Source of the DNA: Candidatus Latescibacterota bacterium
GTDB taxonomy: Bacteria > Latescibacterota > UBA2968
DNA: 64,000 bases
Direction of reading: 5' to 3'
NCBI GenBank assembly: GCA_965222605.1
Contig: OZ244960.1
Span: 800,001 to 864,000, forward strand
Position 1 is the stretch's first letter; every line of letters starts with the position of its first letter. The translations under genes and the position numbers were made by a program. Shown in pieces: positions 27,112 through 37,604 of this stretch. A model generated the notes under the pieces. The model made no database searches and was not told the origin of the DNA. It saw only the letters and a program-made list of their open reading frames with translations.

Positions 27112-27666
27112 ATGCTCAGAGGCGTAACGAGTCGGAGTGAAACAAAGAGATGCCAAAAGCTCCTTGAAGACACACTCTCAAAGGGGTTGAACTTGGAAGT
27201 GTGTGTCAAAATTGGGCGTCGTGGTACAAGTGACATTCGTCCTGTAAAGCACAATCGGACAGTTTGGTTTACATCAGAAAAGCGCGATTGGAAAAAAAAG
27301 TTCTGGAATGTATTTGGCCTGAATCCGGATAAAAGTAAGCAAAACAATATTGTGGTCGAAATAAACATACCAACTGATGGAATAGATCTTCGTATTGGTG
27401 CAGGTATGTTTGCCGTTGATGAAAAGGGTTCTGTATTTTTGTTACACAGTGGAAGGATTGGTGGTGGTCGTAAAGGTATTAACAAGACAAACTTTCTCGC
27501 TTGGTATTCACAGTACGTCGCCCTGGTAGAGATAAAGAACAGTACAAAGGTTGTGGAAGGTATTCTGATTGGTAACATCTTTGAAAAAAAGGATTTAATC
27601 AAAGGGCTTACCAAATTTATTAAGGATGTCAATCGTTTCAAGATTGAATACGTTGGAGGTATATGA
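27112..27666 (+). CDS. Hypothetical protein, AT-rich and basic
   Basis: 184-aa ORF, VVEINIP and LLHSGRIGGGRKGI; stop abuts the next ATG. Confidence 0.6.
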   Translation: MLRGVTSRSETKRCQKLLEDTLSKGLNLEVCVKIGRRGTSDIRPVKHNRTVWFTSEKRDWKKKFWNVFGLNPDKSKQNNIVVEINIPTDGIDLRIGAGMFAVDEKGSVFLLHSGRIGGGRKGINKTNFLAWYSQYVALVEIKNSTKVVEGILIGNIFEKKDLIKGLTKFIKDVNRFKIEYVGGI

Positions 27667-27667
27667 C

Positions 27668-28801
27668 ATGGCAATTGATCTGGTGACTTCCGAAGCTATT
27701 GAAGTGATAAATCCGACTGGAAGGCGCGTATTGCAACTGACGACAAATGCACGGCGATCGGTGCATGGGTATTACGATCTACCCCCGTGGTCGCCTGTGG
27801 ACGGGCGCATCGCATTTAGCCGCATGGATACACCGGGTTCAAAGATGGGTGATATTTGCGTCATGGATGCCGATGGGAGCAACTTGCACAAAGTGGCAGA
27901 ATCGCAGGCAATGTCCCCCAATGGCGGCGCGCTGGCGCAATGGGCGTCGGATGGATCGCGGGTGTACTTTAAGGATCGGGACCGCGAGACCCGTTTGATC
28001 GGATGGGTAGATCCAGACACGGGTATGTCGGGCACGCACCCTGGAGACCTGCGGATGATTTCACCCGCTGGACACCTGCATGCCTATCACACCATGCATG
28101 GGGATTACGCCGAAGACGACGTGCCGAAAATGAAGGATGTACACGGCGTATTTGCACAGGACCTGGAGACGGGTGAATCCAAACAACTCGCAACCCTTTC
28201 CGATTGTTTGGCACTCCATCCCCGCCGAGACGAAATTGCCGACTGGCATCTATTTGTCAAGCACACCAAATGGTCGCCCGATGGCTCCCGGATGATGTTT
28301 GTATTCACTAACGAAATTCATTTTGACCAGAAATACGGCGAACTTCCCAGAGTAAAAGATGTGTACGTCATCAATGCCGACGGCTCCAATCTCAAGCGCA
28401 TAGGCGAATTTGGCAATCACCCGCTGTGGCATCCCAATGGTCGAGAAATATTGACCAACAGCCCGTTTGAAGAATCGCAGGGCAATAAACTGGTACTGAC
28501 CGATGTGGAAACGGGTGAAGAGCGTTTGGCAGCAACCTGCGCAAAGGGATCGGGACATCCCTCCTTTTCCCCAGACGGCAAATACATTGTGATAGATGTG
28601 GTGAACAACACAACAAAAGAAGCCAAAATTTTGCTGGTAGATGTCGAAACCGATACCGTTGAAACGCTATTGGAACTCTCAGTCTTTGACCACTCTCATG
28701 CCGGAACCCATCTGCACCCGGTATGGCGGCAAGATAGCTCGCAGGTTCTATACGCCAGCGACGCATCCGAAATTTGCCAATTATGTGTGTGTGACGTGTA
28801 A
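27668..28801 (+). CDS. TolB-like/oligogalacturonate-lyase-like beta-propeller protein
   Basis: Repeated WSPDG/FSPDG/HP.W and DADGS motifs; GGAGG RBS. Confidence 0.75.
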   Translation: MAIDLVTSEAIEVINPTGRRVLQLTTNARRSVHGYYDLPPWSPVDGRIAFSRMDTPGSKMGDICVMDADGSNLHKVAESQAMSPNGGALAQWASDGSRVYFKDRDRETRLIGWVDPDTGMSGTHPGDLRMISPAGHLHAYHTMHGDYAEDDVPKMKDVHGVFAQDLETGESKQLATLSDCLALHPRRDEIADWHLFVKHTKWSPDGSRMMFVFTNEIHFDQKYGELPRVKDVYVINADGSNLKRIGEFGNHPLWHPNGREILTNSPFEESQGNKLVLTDVETGEERLAATCAKGSGHPSFSPDGKYIVIDVVNNTTKEAKILLVDVETDTVETLLELSVFDHSHAGTHLHPVWRQDSSQVLYASDASEICQLCVCDV

Positions 28802-28812
28802 AGGAGAACCCC

Positions 28813-29646
28813 ATGCCCGTGAAATCCGTTTATATGATGACCGATTTGGAAGGCGCAGCCGGAGTAGATGACTGGGATCCGAGACACCGGGCAGATGCGA
28901 CAACGGCAAAAGGCGTGTATGACCGCGCTGAGATGCAGCGATTGTTGACCGGTGAAGTCAATGCCGCAGCCAAAGGATTATTTGCAGCAGGCGTAGAAGA
29001 AATAATCATCAATGACGCGCATGGGGCGGGACGCACGATCTTGTCAGAAGAATTGATCTCAGGTGTAAAACTCGTACAGGGCGTCAACCGCCCCTGCTGG
29101 TTGCCGGGATTATCGCCCAGATTTGACGCACTGATCCAGGTGGGCATGCATGCGATGACCGGCACCCCCAACGGATGTCTCGCGCATTCGATGAGCCGCA
29201 ATATGGTCTATCGCGTCAATGGTGTCGAAGTCGGCGAGATGGAAATGGCGGCTTATTTGTGTGGCCATCTGGGTATTCCCTGGGTCTTTACATCGGGCGA
29301 TTTGCACGCATGCACCGAATCCGAGCGCTGGGTCAACCGCATTGTCACAGCACCTGTAAAAGAAGGCCTGGGAGAATTATGTGCTCTCCACATGGCGCCA
29401 GTAGATGCTCGCGCCCTCATCAAGACGCGCGTTTATGAAGCCATGGAGATCGTTGAAAATATCGAACCACTCATTGCAGAAAGTCCTGTAGTAATGGAGG
29501 TAACGCGCCCAGAACCCGGACCTTCCTCAATACGAGAAGGGTGTGAGCGCGTGGATGACTTTACAGTTCGGTGTGAAGGCGAATCCTTCTGGCAGGTATT
29601 TCATCACTATGTTTATGGCAAGCCGGATTTTCCGGTTCCCGCGTAA
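28813..29646 (+). CDS. M55 family metallopeptidase (DppA-like)
   Basis: DLEG..GV, EVNAA, NDAHG, GMHA, LAHS, SGD. Confidence 0.9.
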   Translation: MPVKSVYMMTDLEGAAGVDDWDPRHRADATTAKGVYDRAEMQRLLTGEVNAAAKGLFAAGVEEIIINDAHGAGRTILSEELISGVKLVQGVNRPCWLPGLSPRFDALIQVGMHAMTGTPNGCLAHSMSRNMVYRVNGVEVGEMEMAAYLCGHLGIPWVFTSGDLHACTESERWVNRIVTAPVKEGLGELCALHMAPVDARALIKTRVYEAMEIVENIEPLIAESPVVMEVTRPEPGPSSIREGCERVDDFTVRCEGESFWQVFHHYVYGKPDFPVPA

Positions 29647-29670
29647 TTTCTTCGCATTATAGGAGGATGT

Positions 29671-30378
29671 ATGAAAGTCAAAATAGAGAATCAATTTCGA
29701 GCACCTTATGGTGTGCCAAACGGTTTGCAACTCACTGACGATGGTTTGTGGATTGTAGATCAGATGACAGACCGGGTAGCGTTAATGAGTATAAAAGACG
29801 ATGATAAAGACGATTATTACGGCAATCGCCGCCTGTTGAGAGACATCCCATCGGAATCCTCAAATACCAGTGGCATGGCCGCAGGTGATGGATCGTTGTG
29901 GTTGGCCGCCAATGGGCCGGGACAACGCTGGCGGCTGTCGCGCGAGACCGATGCGCCCCAGGGTGAAATTTTGCGCGTGGATCCCTGTAACGGAGAAACA
30001 CAGGGCCGCTGGGCACTACCCACTGGTGGCGGCACGCACGGCGTGGAATACGATGTGATTGAACCGGGCACATTGTGGCTGACGACCTTAAAAGAACAGA
30101 CCATTACGCAGATGCGTATTGCAGATTGGTCCGTCATCCGAACATTAAAACTGCCTTTGCATCGCGCACACGGCGTGGTGCGAATGGAAGAAGATTCGAT
30201 CTGGGTGGTTCATACAGGTGATCGGGTAATAGTCAAACTGGACCTGGCTACCAATGCAGAACTCGACCGCATTGTGGTGCCCGAACCGCATCCCGAACCG
30301 CACGGGCTGTCCATCTGCGAGGGTGGATTCTTGTATTGCGATGCCACATCGGGGTGGGTCTCTAAAATTTCGTGGTAA
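29671..30378 (+). CDS. Vgb/glutaminyl-cyclase-like beta-propeller protein
   Basis: PNGL, SGMA, HGV, PHGL repeats with LW motifs. Confidence 0.6.
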   Translation: MKVKIENQFRAPYGVPNGLQLTDDGLWIVDQMTDRVALMSIKDDDKDDYYGNRRLLRDIPSESSNTSGMAAGDGSLWLAANGPGQRWRLSRETDAPQGEILRVDPCNGETQGRWALPTGGGTHGVEYDVIEPGTLWLTTLKEQTITQMRIADWSVIRTLKLPLHRAHGVVRMEEDSIWVVHTGDRVIVKLDLATNAELDRIVVPEPHPEPHGLSICEGGFLYCDATSGWVSKISW

Positions 30379-30412
30379 GACACATGCGGGACGCTTCTGT
30401 TATCTTTCAATT

Positions 30413-30440
30413 AGCCCCGGTCCTCCGGGGCTTTTCTTTC
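30413..30440 (+). terminator. Intrinsic terminator
   Basis: AGCCCCGG-TCCT-CCGGGGCT then TTTCTTT. Confidence 0.75.
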
Positions 30441-30458
30441 TGACAACTGAGGTATGTG

Positions 30459-32045
30459 ATGAGTAATCGAGCGGTAATCGGCGTCGATGTGGGCACGGGC
30501 AGTGTGCGGGCAGGTGTATTTGACTTAGACGGCACCATGCTGGGCACCGCATCCTCGTCCATTCTGGAATTTAATCCCAAACCCGATTTTTACGAACAAT
30601 CCTCGGAGAATATCTGGGCAGAAACCGGGAAAGTCGTTCGCCAGGCCATCGCCCAATCTGACCTCTCACCCGATGCGATAATCGGCATGAGCTTTGACGC
30701 AACCTGTTCTCTCGTCGTCTTAGATGCCGATGGACAGCCGCTGACCGTATCTGAAACGGGCGAAACCGAGCGCAACATCATCGTGTGGCGAGATCACCGC
30801 GCGATTGATCAGACGAATCGAATCAATGCGGGTGGATATGATGTGTTGCAATATGTCGGGGGCACGATGTCGCCCGAGCAAGAGCCACCAAAACTATTGT
30901 GGATCAAAGAAAACCTGCCCGAAACATGGCAAAAGGCGGGCAAGTTTTTTGATCTCGCAGATTTTATGGTGTACAAAGCAACGGGGACCGACCGCCGCAG
31001 TTTGTGTACCAACGTATGCAAATGGACCTATCTGGGCCATGAATCGCGCTGGGATCGCACCTTCTTTGACGCCATTGGTCTGGGCGATTTATTTGACGGT
31101 GGAAAAGTGACAGAAGATGTCGCGCCCATGGGCGAAAACGCGGGCACCCTGAGTGCCAAAGCCGCCGACTTGATGGGATTGACAACACAAACAGCCGTGG
31201 GTGTCGGCATCATCGATGCACATGCAGGTGGTATTGGCGTTGGGGTCAGCGAACCGATTTTGGCATTGATCGGCGGCACATCGTCGTGCCACATGGCCGT
31301 ATCAAAAAATGCGCGATTTATCCCCGGTGTGTGGGGACCTTATTTCGGTGCAATGCTGCCGGGCTTGTGGCTCAGCGAAGGCGGGCAAAGTGCAACGGGC
31401 GCGTTATTGGATCACACCATCGAGCGATTTGGCATGGTCAAAGAAGAAGATCACTACTGGCATGTACTCACCGGAAAAGAAATCAATGCCGTGTACGCAG
31501 ACCTCAACGCGTACATTGCCGCAAAAGGCTTGTGCTCAGATTGGACTGAGCGGCTCCATATTTTGCCCGATCACCACGGCAACCGCTCTCCCAAAGCCGA
31601 TCCCAACGCACGGGGAATGATGGATGGCTTGACCCTGGATATGTCCTACAACACGCTGGCGCAAATTTATCACGCGACCATTCAGGCCGTGGCTTATGGC
31701 ACGCGCAATATTATCGACGAAATGGAAAAACAGGGCTACGCAATTGAGCAGATCAATGCGTGTGGGGGCGGCACAAAAAACGAACTGTGGATCCGCGAAC
31801 ACGCCGACGCCACGCAGCGCCCCATTCACCTGCCAAAAGAACCCGAAGCCGTATTACTCGGGTCAGCAATCCTCGGCGCCGTCGCCGCGGGTGCTTATGC
31901 GTCAATCCAGGAAGCGATGGGCGCGATGTGTCACGCGGGCGAAGTGATCGAACCCAATCGCGACAACGCAGATTATCACGCATGGAAATACGAACAACAG
32001 TTGGCCCTGTACGACCAGCATGTAACCCGACGCAACATCGACTGA
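30459..32045 (+). CDS. FGGY-family carbohydrate (pentulose) kinase
   Basis: IGVDVGTGSVRA, FDATCSL, WRDHRA, GTSSCH, EGGQSATG, GNRSP. Confidence 0.93.
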   Translation: MSNRAVIGVDVGTGSVRAGVFDLDGTMLGTASSSILEFNPKPDFYEQSSENIWAETGKVVRQAIAQSDLSPDAIIGMSFDATCSLVVLDADGQPLTVSETGETERNIIVWRDHRAIDQTNRINAGGYDVLQYVGGTMSPEQEPPKLLWIKENLPETWQKAGKFFDLADFMVYKATGTDRRSLCTNVCKWTYLGHESRWDRTFFDAIGLGDLFDGGKVTEDVAPMGENAGTLSAKAADLMGLTTQTAVGVGIIDAHAGGIGVGVSEPILALIGGTSSCHMAVSKNARFIPGVWGPYFGAMLPGLWLSEGGQSATGALLDHTIERFGMVKEEDHYWHVLTGKEINAVYADLNAYIAAKGLCSDWTERLHILPDHHGNRSPKADPNARGMMDGLTLDMSYNTLAQIYHATIQAVAYGTRNIIDEMEKQGYAIEQINACGGGTKNELWIREHADATQRPIHLPKEPEAVLLGSAILGAVAAGAYASIQEAMGAMCHAGEVIEPNRDNADYHAWKYEQQLALYDQHVTRRNID

Positions 32046-32120
32046 TCGAAAATTCGGTTGTGTTTCGCGCCATATCGCATTAGCATGGAGTTGTTAATTA
32101 TCAACCGCAGGAGGCATATC

Positions 32121-32954
32121 GTGAAACTCGGATACGGTACTTATGCAATGCAAACGGAAAACATCTTCGACGCGCTCCCACGCCTGCGCGACATGGGTTA
32201 CGAAGCCCTCGAAATCAACACGGGTGACGACTGGCATACCGCCCCGCACAAACTCGACGCCACTTCCCGCGAAACACTCGCCAAAACCATTGAGGACCTC
32301 GGCTTTGAATCACCCGTCACCATGGCTTTGATGCCCATCTGCACACAGGGCGATGAACGCCCAGTCATCCTCGAAAAATTTGACGCCGCCTGTATCCTCG
32401 CCAATGACCTCGCCTTTGGCGATGCCCCCGGCATCATCGTCAGCACACTCGGCGGTCTGCACGGCGAGTGGGACGACGTCAAACACACCTATTGCGATCA
32501 GCTCGTCGAACTGGGCGACCGCGCCGCCAAACACAATGTCATCCTCGCAACCGAACCCCATGCGGGCCACCCACTCGACACCCCCCAAAAAGTCGATTGG
32601 CTCATGCGGCAAACCGATCACGACAACGTCAAAGTCAATTTCGACATGAGCCACTTTCACGTTGATGGCATTGACCTCCAGCCAAGCGTTGACCTGTGCG
32701 CTCCTTACACCGTCTCCACCCACATCAAAGACGGCCACCGCGTCAACGGACAAGTGCGCTACCTCCTGCCCGGCGAAGGCGACTTCGACCTCGTCGCCTA
32801 TTTCAAAGCCATCGCAGCCGCAGGCATCACCGTCCCAATCACCGTCGAAGTCACCGCACAAATCTGGAAACAACCCGACTACGATCCCTGGCCCGTCGCC
32901 GAACAATGCTTCAAAGCACTCGATAATGCGCGAAGAGAAGCGGGTGTCGCATAG
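32121..32954 (+). CDS. Sugar phosphate isomerase/epimerase
   Basis: EPH, FDMSH, HIKD, VEV; GGAGG RBS before GTG 32121. Confidence 0.85.
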   Translation: MKLGYGTYAMQTENIFDALPRLRDMGYEALEINTGDDWHTAPHKLDATSRETLAKTIEDLGFESPVTMALMPICTQGDERPVILEKFDAACILANDLAFGDAPGIIVSTLGGLHGEWDDVKHTYCDQLVELGDRAAKHNVILATEPHAGHPLDTPQKVDWLMRQTDHDNVKVNFDMSHFHVDGIDLQPSVDLCAPYTVSTHIKDGHRVNGQVRYLLPGEGDFDLVAYFKAIAAAGITVPITVEVTAQIWKQPDYDPWPVAEQCFKALDNARREAGVA

Positions 32955-32986
32955 ATACGCAAAGACAAAATATCAGAAATCCAAAC

Positions 32987-34429
32987 ATGCCCTACAACAT
33001 CCTCCTCATCCTGACCGATCAACAGCGCTGGGACTCACTCGGTTGTTGCGGTGTAAGCGGCGTACACACCCCCAACCTCGACCGCCTCGCCAGTGAAGGC
33101 ACGCGCTACGACCAGTGCTATGTCAACAACCCGATATGCACGCCCAGTCGCGCCAGCCTCTGGACCGGCAAACACCTGCCCGGCCACGGCGTCTATCGCC
33201 TGCACGATGTCTTGCCCCAGGACGAAATCCTCTTTCCCCATCACCTGCGCGAAGCCGGATACGACACCGCGCTCTTTGGCAAACTCCACGTTGCCGGTCA
33301 CATGTGGGAAATGCAATACCGCCACCGCTTCGACGGCTACAATACCTACGAATGGGCACCCGACCCCAATGGGTATCGCGGCTGTGACACCGCGTACTTC
33401 CGCTGGCTTGCGCTACACCACCCCGATATCCGCCAACGCTGGAAACGCGACGGCAACCGCATCGGCCATGTCCGCGCCGAAGCCCATTTCACCACATGGG
33501 CTGCCGAACGCACCATCGACTATCTCCACCGCATGCGTGGCACGCATCAACCCTTCTTCTGTTGCATGAGCGTCTTTGATCCGCACAGCCCCTATACAAA
33601 TTATCCCAAAGAATACGCCGACTATCTCGACATCGACGCCCTGCCCGAACCCTTTGCCGTAGATGAATCCTTCGATCATCGCCCAATCGCACACTGGCGG
33701 GAACGCGACAGACGATCTTTCCCTTCAACGGACACCCTGCGCGAAAGCCGTATCGGCTACCACGCTGCCATCACCCTCATCGACGAACAGGTCGGGCGCG
33801 TCTTGCAAGCACTCGACGACACGAACTTTGCGGACAACACCATCGTCATCTTTGCCAGCGACCACGGCGACATGCTCGGCGACCACGGCCTCACCGTCAA
33901 AGGCGCGTACATGTACGACGCCTGCACCCGAGTGCCCATGATTATCCGCGTACCGGGCGAATCCGGCGGTCAAATTATCAACACACCCTGCCAACTTCAC
34001 GACATTGCCGCAACCGCACTCGCCATCGCCAGATGCGAACAACCCGACCTCATGCCCGATGCATGCGACCTCCTGGACATCAACGCCTTGCAACAACGCG
34101 GCCATGCCGTCTGCATGCACCGCAACTCAAGCACCACGCGCGGGGGCTATCACAACCCGGAATTGCACATCACCATGTGGCGGGAAAACCGCTACAAACT
34201 CAGCATCTACCACGCGCCAAAACCCGGCCCCGACAATTGCCCAGGCGAACTCTTTGACATGGAAACAGATCCCGATGAAATGAACAACCTGTGGTTCGAC
34301 GCCAACATGCAAGACATACGCGACCAACTCATCCACAAACTCACGGCTTTTCTCGTGCAACAAGACGCACAGAGCCGCGCGAGAGGTAGCGAAGCCCTGC
34401 CGCCGGGATTTTGGAAAGATAGCTCATGA
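32987..34429 (+). CDS. Cys-type (FGly) sulfatase
   Basis: CTPSRASLWTG, GKLH, DPHSP, SDHGD. Confidence 0.93.
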   Translation: MPYNILLILTDQQRWDSLGCCGVSGVHTPNLDRLASEGTRYDQCYVNNPICTPSRASLWTGKHLPGHGVYRLHDVLPQDEILFPHHLREAGYDTALFGKLHVAGHMWEMQYRHRFDGYNTYEWAPDPNGYRGCDTAYFRWLALHHPDIRQRWKRDGNRIGHVRAEAHFTTWAAERTIDYLHRMRGTHQPFFCCMSVFDPHSPYTNYPKEYADYLDIDALPEPFAVDESFDHRPIAHWRERDRRSFPSTDTLRESRIGYHAAITLIDEQVGRVLQALDDTNFADNTIVIFASDHGDMLGDHGLTVKGAYMYDACTRVPMIIRVPGESGGQIINTPCQLHDIAATALAIARCEQPDLMPDACDLLDINALQQRGHAVCMHRNSSTTRGGYHNPELHITMWRENRYKLSIYHAPKPGPDNCPGELFDMETDPDEMNNLWFDANMQDIRDQLIHKLTAFLVQQDAQSRARGSEALPPGFWKDSS

Positions 34430-35595
34430 CCAAAACCATCATCATGCCCAAATACGGGCTTCAGCAAGACAACGGCACCGTCGTTGAATGGCGCGTCAAA
34501 GAAGGCGACCACGTCAACAAGGGCGACATCCTCCTCGACCTGGAAACAGACAAAGCTCTCTTTGAATACGAATCGCCCGAAAGCGGTTACGTCCGCAAAC
34601 TCGTCGCCCAAAACGGCGATGAAGTGCCAGTGCTCTCGGTCATTGCCATCATCACCGACGAAGCCGACGAACCCATCGATGATCTAACACCTGTCAGCAC
34701 TGGCTCGCCCACAGAGGAAGCGCGCCAAATATCGGACACCGCAGAGCGAGAAACCGGACCCGTGCTGGAAGCCTCTACCCAGCGCATCAAACGGTCTCCT
34801 GCTGCCCGCCACCGCGCTCGCGAACTCAATATAGACCTCGCCACCATCGCAGGCACTGGTCCAGGTGGCCGCATCGTACTCGCCGATGTCGAACGCGCAG
34901 CATCTGCGGCTCCATCCCCCGCCACACTATCGCGCATGCGCCAGGCCATTGGCAAAACCATGGCCTATAGCAAAAGCACCATTCCGCACTTCTATGTCGC
35001 CACTGAAATCGACATGACCGACGCGGAAATCTGGCGCAAAAACCTCGCCGAAACCGACGCCATCAAGCTCTCGGTCACCGATCTCTTTGTCAAAGCCGCC
35101 GCAGATGCCCTCACCCAATACCCGGCACTCAACGCCAGCCTTGACGGAGATACTACCGTTATCGTACACGACACAGTCGATATCGGCCTGGCCGTTGGCA
35201 CAGACGACGGCCTAGTCGTCCCGGTCATCCCAAATGCCGACCAGGCATTCCTGACCGACCTCGCCGACGAACGCGCCCAGCGCGTTGACGAAGCCAGACA
35301 GGGCAAAATGCGCGGCGATGCCAGTGCCACCTTCACCATCTCGAACCTGGGGATGTACGGCATCACCTCCTTCACCGCCATTGTCAATCCCCCCGAAGCC
35401 GCCATCTTAGCTGTCGGCGCAGCCATCGCCCGCGTTGTCCCCATCGGCGACCCCATGACCATCGCCGTTCGCCAAATCGCCGAAGTCACACTCTCCGCCG
35501 ACCACCGCCTCGTCGATGGCGTGGTTGCGGCTCAATTTTTACAGGCACTAAAACAAAATCTGGAAGACGTAAACAAATTGGAAAGCTGGTTGTGA
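34426..35595 (+). CDS. 2-oxoacid dehydrogenase E2 (dihydrolipoamide acyltransferase)
   Basis: Lipoyl ETDKA, GTGPGGRI, DHRLVDG. Confidence 0.93.
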   Translation: MTKTIIMPKYGLQQDNGTVVEWRVKEGDHVNKGDILLDLETDKALFEYESPESGYVRKLVAQNGDEVPVLSVIAIITDEADEPIDDLTPVSTGSPTEEARQISDTAERETGPVLEASTQRIKRSPAARHRARELNIDLATIAGTGPGGRIVLADVERAASAAPSPATLSRMRQAIGKTMAYSKSTIPHFYVATEIDMTDAEIWRKNLAETDAIKLSVTDLFVKAAADALTQYPALNASLDGDTTVIVHDTVDIGLAVGTDDGLVVPVIPNADQAFLTDLADERAQRVDEARQGKMRGDASATFTISNLGMYGITSFTAIVNPPEAAILAVGAAIARVVPIGDPMTIAVRQIAEVTLSADHRLVDGVVAAQFLQALKQNLEDVNKLESWL

Positions 35596-35607
35596 AAAGG
35601 AGCCTTT

Positions 35608-36570
35608 ATGTCTCTACCCTCTGAAATCCTGATCAAAATGTACCGCGCCATGCTCCGCATCCGCCGTTTTGAAGAACAAATCTGGGAAGTTTATACCGGC
35701 GGCCTCATGCACGGACTGGCGCACCTCTACATCGGCGAAGAAGCCGTTGCCGTGGGCGTTTGCGCTGCGCTGCGCGACGACGACTTCATCACCAGCACCC
35801 ATCGCGGGCACGGGCACTGCGTTGCCAAAGGGGGGAACCTCGAAGCCATGATGGCCGAAGTAATGGGCCGCGTCACCGGGCACTGCCGCGGCAAAGGCGG
35901 CTCCATGCACATCGCCGACATGTCCGTTGGCATCCTCGGCGCAAATGGCATTGTCGGCGGCGGATTTGGCATTGCCACAGGCGCAGCACTCTCGGCGAAA
36001 AAACGCGGCACCGACCAGGTTGCCGTCTGCTTCTTTGGCGACGGTGCCTCCAATCAAGGCATCTTCTTCGAAGTCATGAACTTCGCCGCAATATGGAAAC
36101 TCCCGGTTATCTACGTCTGCGAAAACAACCACTACGGCGAATACACCCCCACTGAAAACGTCACCGCGGGCAAAAGCATTGCCGATCGCTCTCTCCCCTT
36201 CGGCATTCCCAGCACAACCGTAGATGGCAGCGACGCCATTGCCGTGTACGAAGCCACTGCTGAAGCAGTCGAACGCGCCAGAAAGGGCGATGGCGCCACA
36301 CTCATCGAATGCGACACGTACCGCTATCGCGGGCACCACGTGGGCGACCCTGGAGAAGGCTATCGTTCAAAAGAAGAAATCGAATCCTGGATGGCCAAAG
36401 ATCCCATCCAGCGGCTTCGCACAACAATCCTGGACGACAACATCGCCTCCGGAGCCGAACTCGATGCGGAAGAGCGCGAAGTCGAAAAAGAAATGGAAAA
36501 CGCGCTCGAAGCTGCCAAAGCCGCGCCTTATCCCGATGTAGCGGAGGTCAATCAACATGTCTATGCGTGA
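35608..36570 (+). CDS. TPP-dependent dehydrogenase E1 alpha (AcoA/PdhA-like)
   Basis: THRGHGH, GKGGSMH, GDGA...ENN, YRYRGH. Confidence 0.93.
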   Translation: MSLPSEILIKMYRAMLRIRRFEEQIWEVYTGGLMHGLAHLYIGEEAVAVGVCAALRDDDFITSTHRGHGHCVAKGGNLEAMMAEVMGRVTGHCRGKGGSMHIADMSVGILGANGIVGGGFGIATGAALSAKKRGTDQVAVCFFGDGASNQGIFFEVMNFAAIWKLPVIYVCENNHYGEYTPTENVTAGKSIADRSLPFGIPSTTVDGSDAIAVYEATAEAVERARKGDGATLIECDTYRYRGHHVGDPGEGYRSKEEIESWMAKDPIQRLRTTILDDNIASGAELDAEEREVEKEMENALEAAKAAPYPDVAEVNQHVYA

Positions 36571-37543
36571 AATGACTTATGGCGAAGCCGTCAAAGAAGC
36601 CATCGCTGAAGAAATGCGCCGCGACCCCACAGTTTTTCTCATGGGCGAAGACGTCGGCAAAGCAGGCACCGTATTCAAAGTACTCACGGGTTTGCACGAC
36701 GAATTTGGCGACGACCGCGTCATCGACACGCCCATTGCAGAAGCGGGTCTCGTTGGCCTCGGCGTTGGCGCTGCGCTCACCGGCTCGCGTCCCATTGTCG
36801 ATATCATGTTTGGCGACTTCATCACCCTGGCCATGGACCAGATCGTAAACCAGGCCGCCAAACTGCGCTATATGTCCGGCGGTCAGGCTATTGTGCCCAT
36901 CACCATCCGCTCCACAATGGGCGCGGGACGCTCCTCTGCCGCGCAACATTCGCAGAGCTTGCACGCCTGGCTCGCGCACATCCCCGGCCTCAAAGTCGCC
37001 ATACCCTCCACGCCCGCAGACGCCAAGGGCCTCTTCAAAACCGCTGTTAGAGACAACAACCCCGTCATCATTTACGAAGACAAAATGATGTATGCCCTCA
37101 AAGGCATGGTACCCGCCGAAGAAGACTACACCATACCCTTTGGACAGGCCCACATCAAACGCGAAGGCGACGACATCACCCTCATCGCCACCTCGAGCAT
37201 GGTTCACGTCGCTCTTGAGGCTGCTGACATCCTCGCAGAACAGGGCATCAGCGCAGAAGTCGTTGACCCGCGCACCCTCGTTCCCCTCGACAGAGAAACC
37301 CTCATCGAATCCGTGGTCAAAACCACCCGTGCCGTCATCATCGACGAAGGCTACAAAAGTTTTGGTATCACAGGGGAAATCGCCTCCATCGTCTATAACG
37401 GCGCCTTTGACTACATCGACGCACCCATCGTTCGCCTCGGCGCAATGGACGTACCCGTTCCATTTAGCAAACCCCTTGAAGACGCCACAATCCCCACGCC
37501 CGAAGATGTGATCAAAGCCGTGCAGGACATGAAAATCAGATAG
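36563..37543 (+). CDS. TPP-dependent dehydrogenase E1 beta (AcoB/PdhB-like)
   Basis: MGEDV, DTPIAE, AAQHSQ, DPRTLVPLD. Confidence 0.93.
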   Translation: MREMTYGEAVKEAIAEEMRRDPTVFLMGEDVGKAGTVFKVLTGLHDEFGDDRVIDTPIAEAGLVGLGVGAALTGSRPIVDIMFGDFITLAMDQIVNQAAKLRYMSGGQAIVPITIRSTMGAGRSSAAQHSQSLHAWLAHIPGLKVAIPSTPADAKGLFKTAVRDNNPVIIYEDKMMYALKGMVPAEEDYTIPFGQAHIKREGDDITLIATSSMVHVALEAADILAEQGISAEVVDPRTLVPLDRETLIESVVKTTRAVIIDEGYKSFGITGEIASIVYNGAFDYIDAPIVRLGAMDVPVPFSKPLEDATIPTPEDVIKAVQDMKIR

Positions 37544-37554
37544 CACTCACCTGA

Positions 37555-37591
37555 AATACAAAGGCCCGGCGATCTGCCGGGCCTTTGTATT
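37555..37591. terminator. Bidirectional terminator between E1 beta and tRNA-Leu
   Basis: AATACAAAGGCCCGGC-GATCT-GCCGGGCCTTTGTATT. Confidence 0.85.
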
Positions 37592-37604
37592 GTACAATAA
37601 AAAA

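Noticed and set aside
36548-37546. 332-aa minus-strand ORF (and similar ones at 35614 and 48193)
   Set aside because: Shadow ORFs of biased-codon genes
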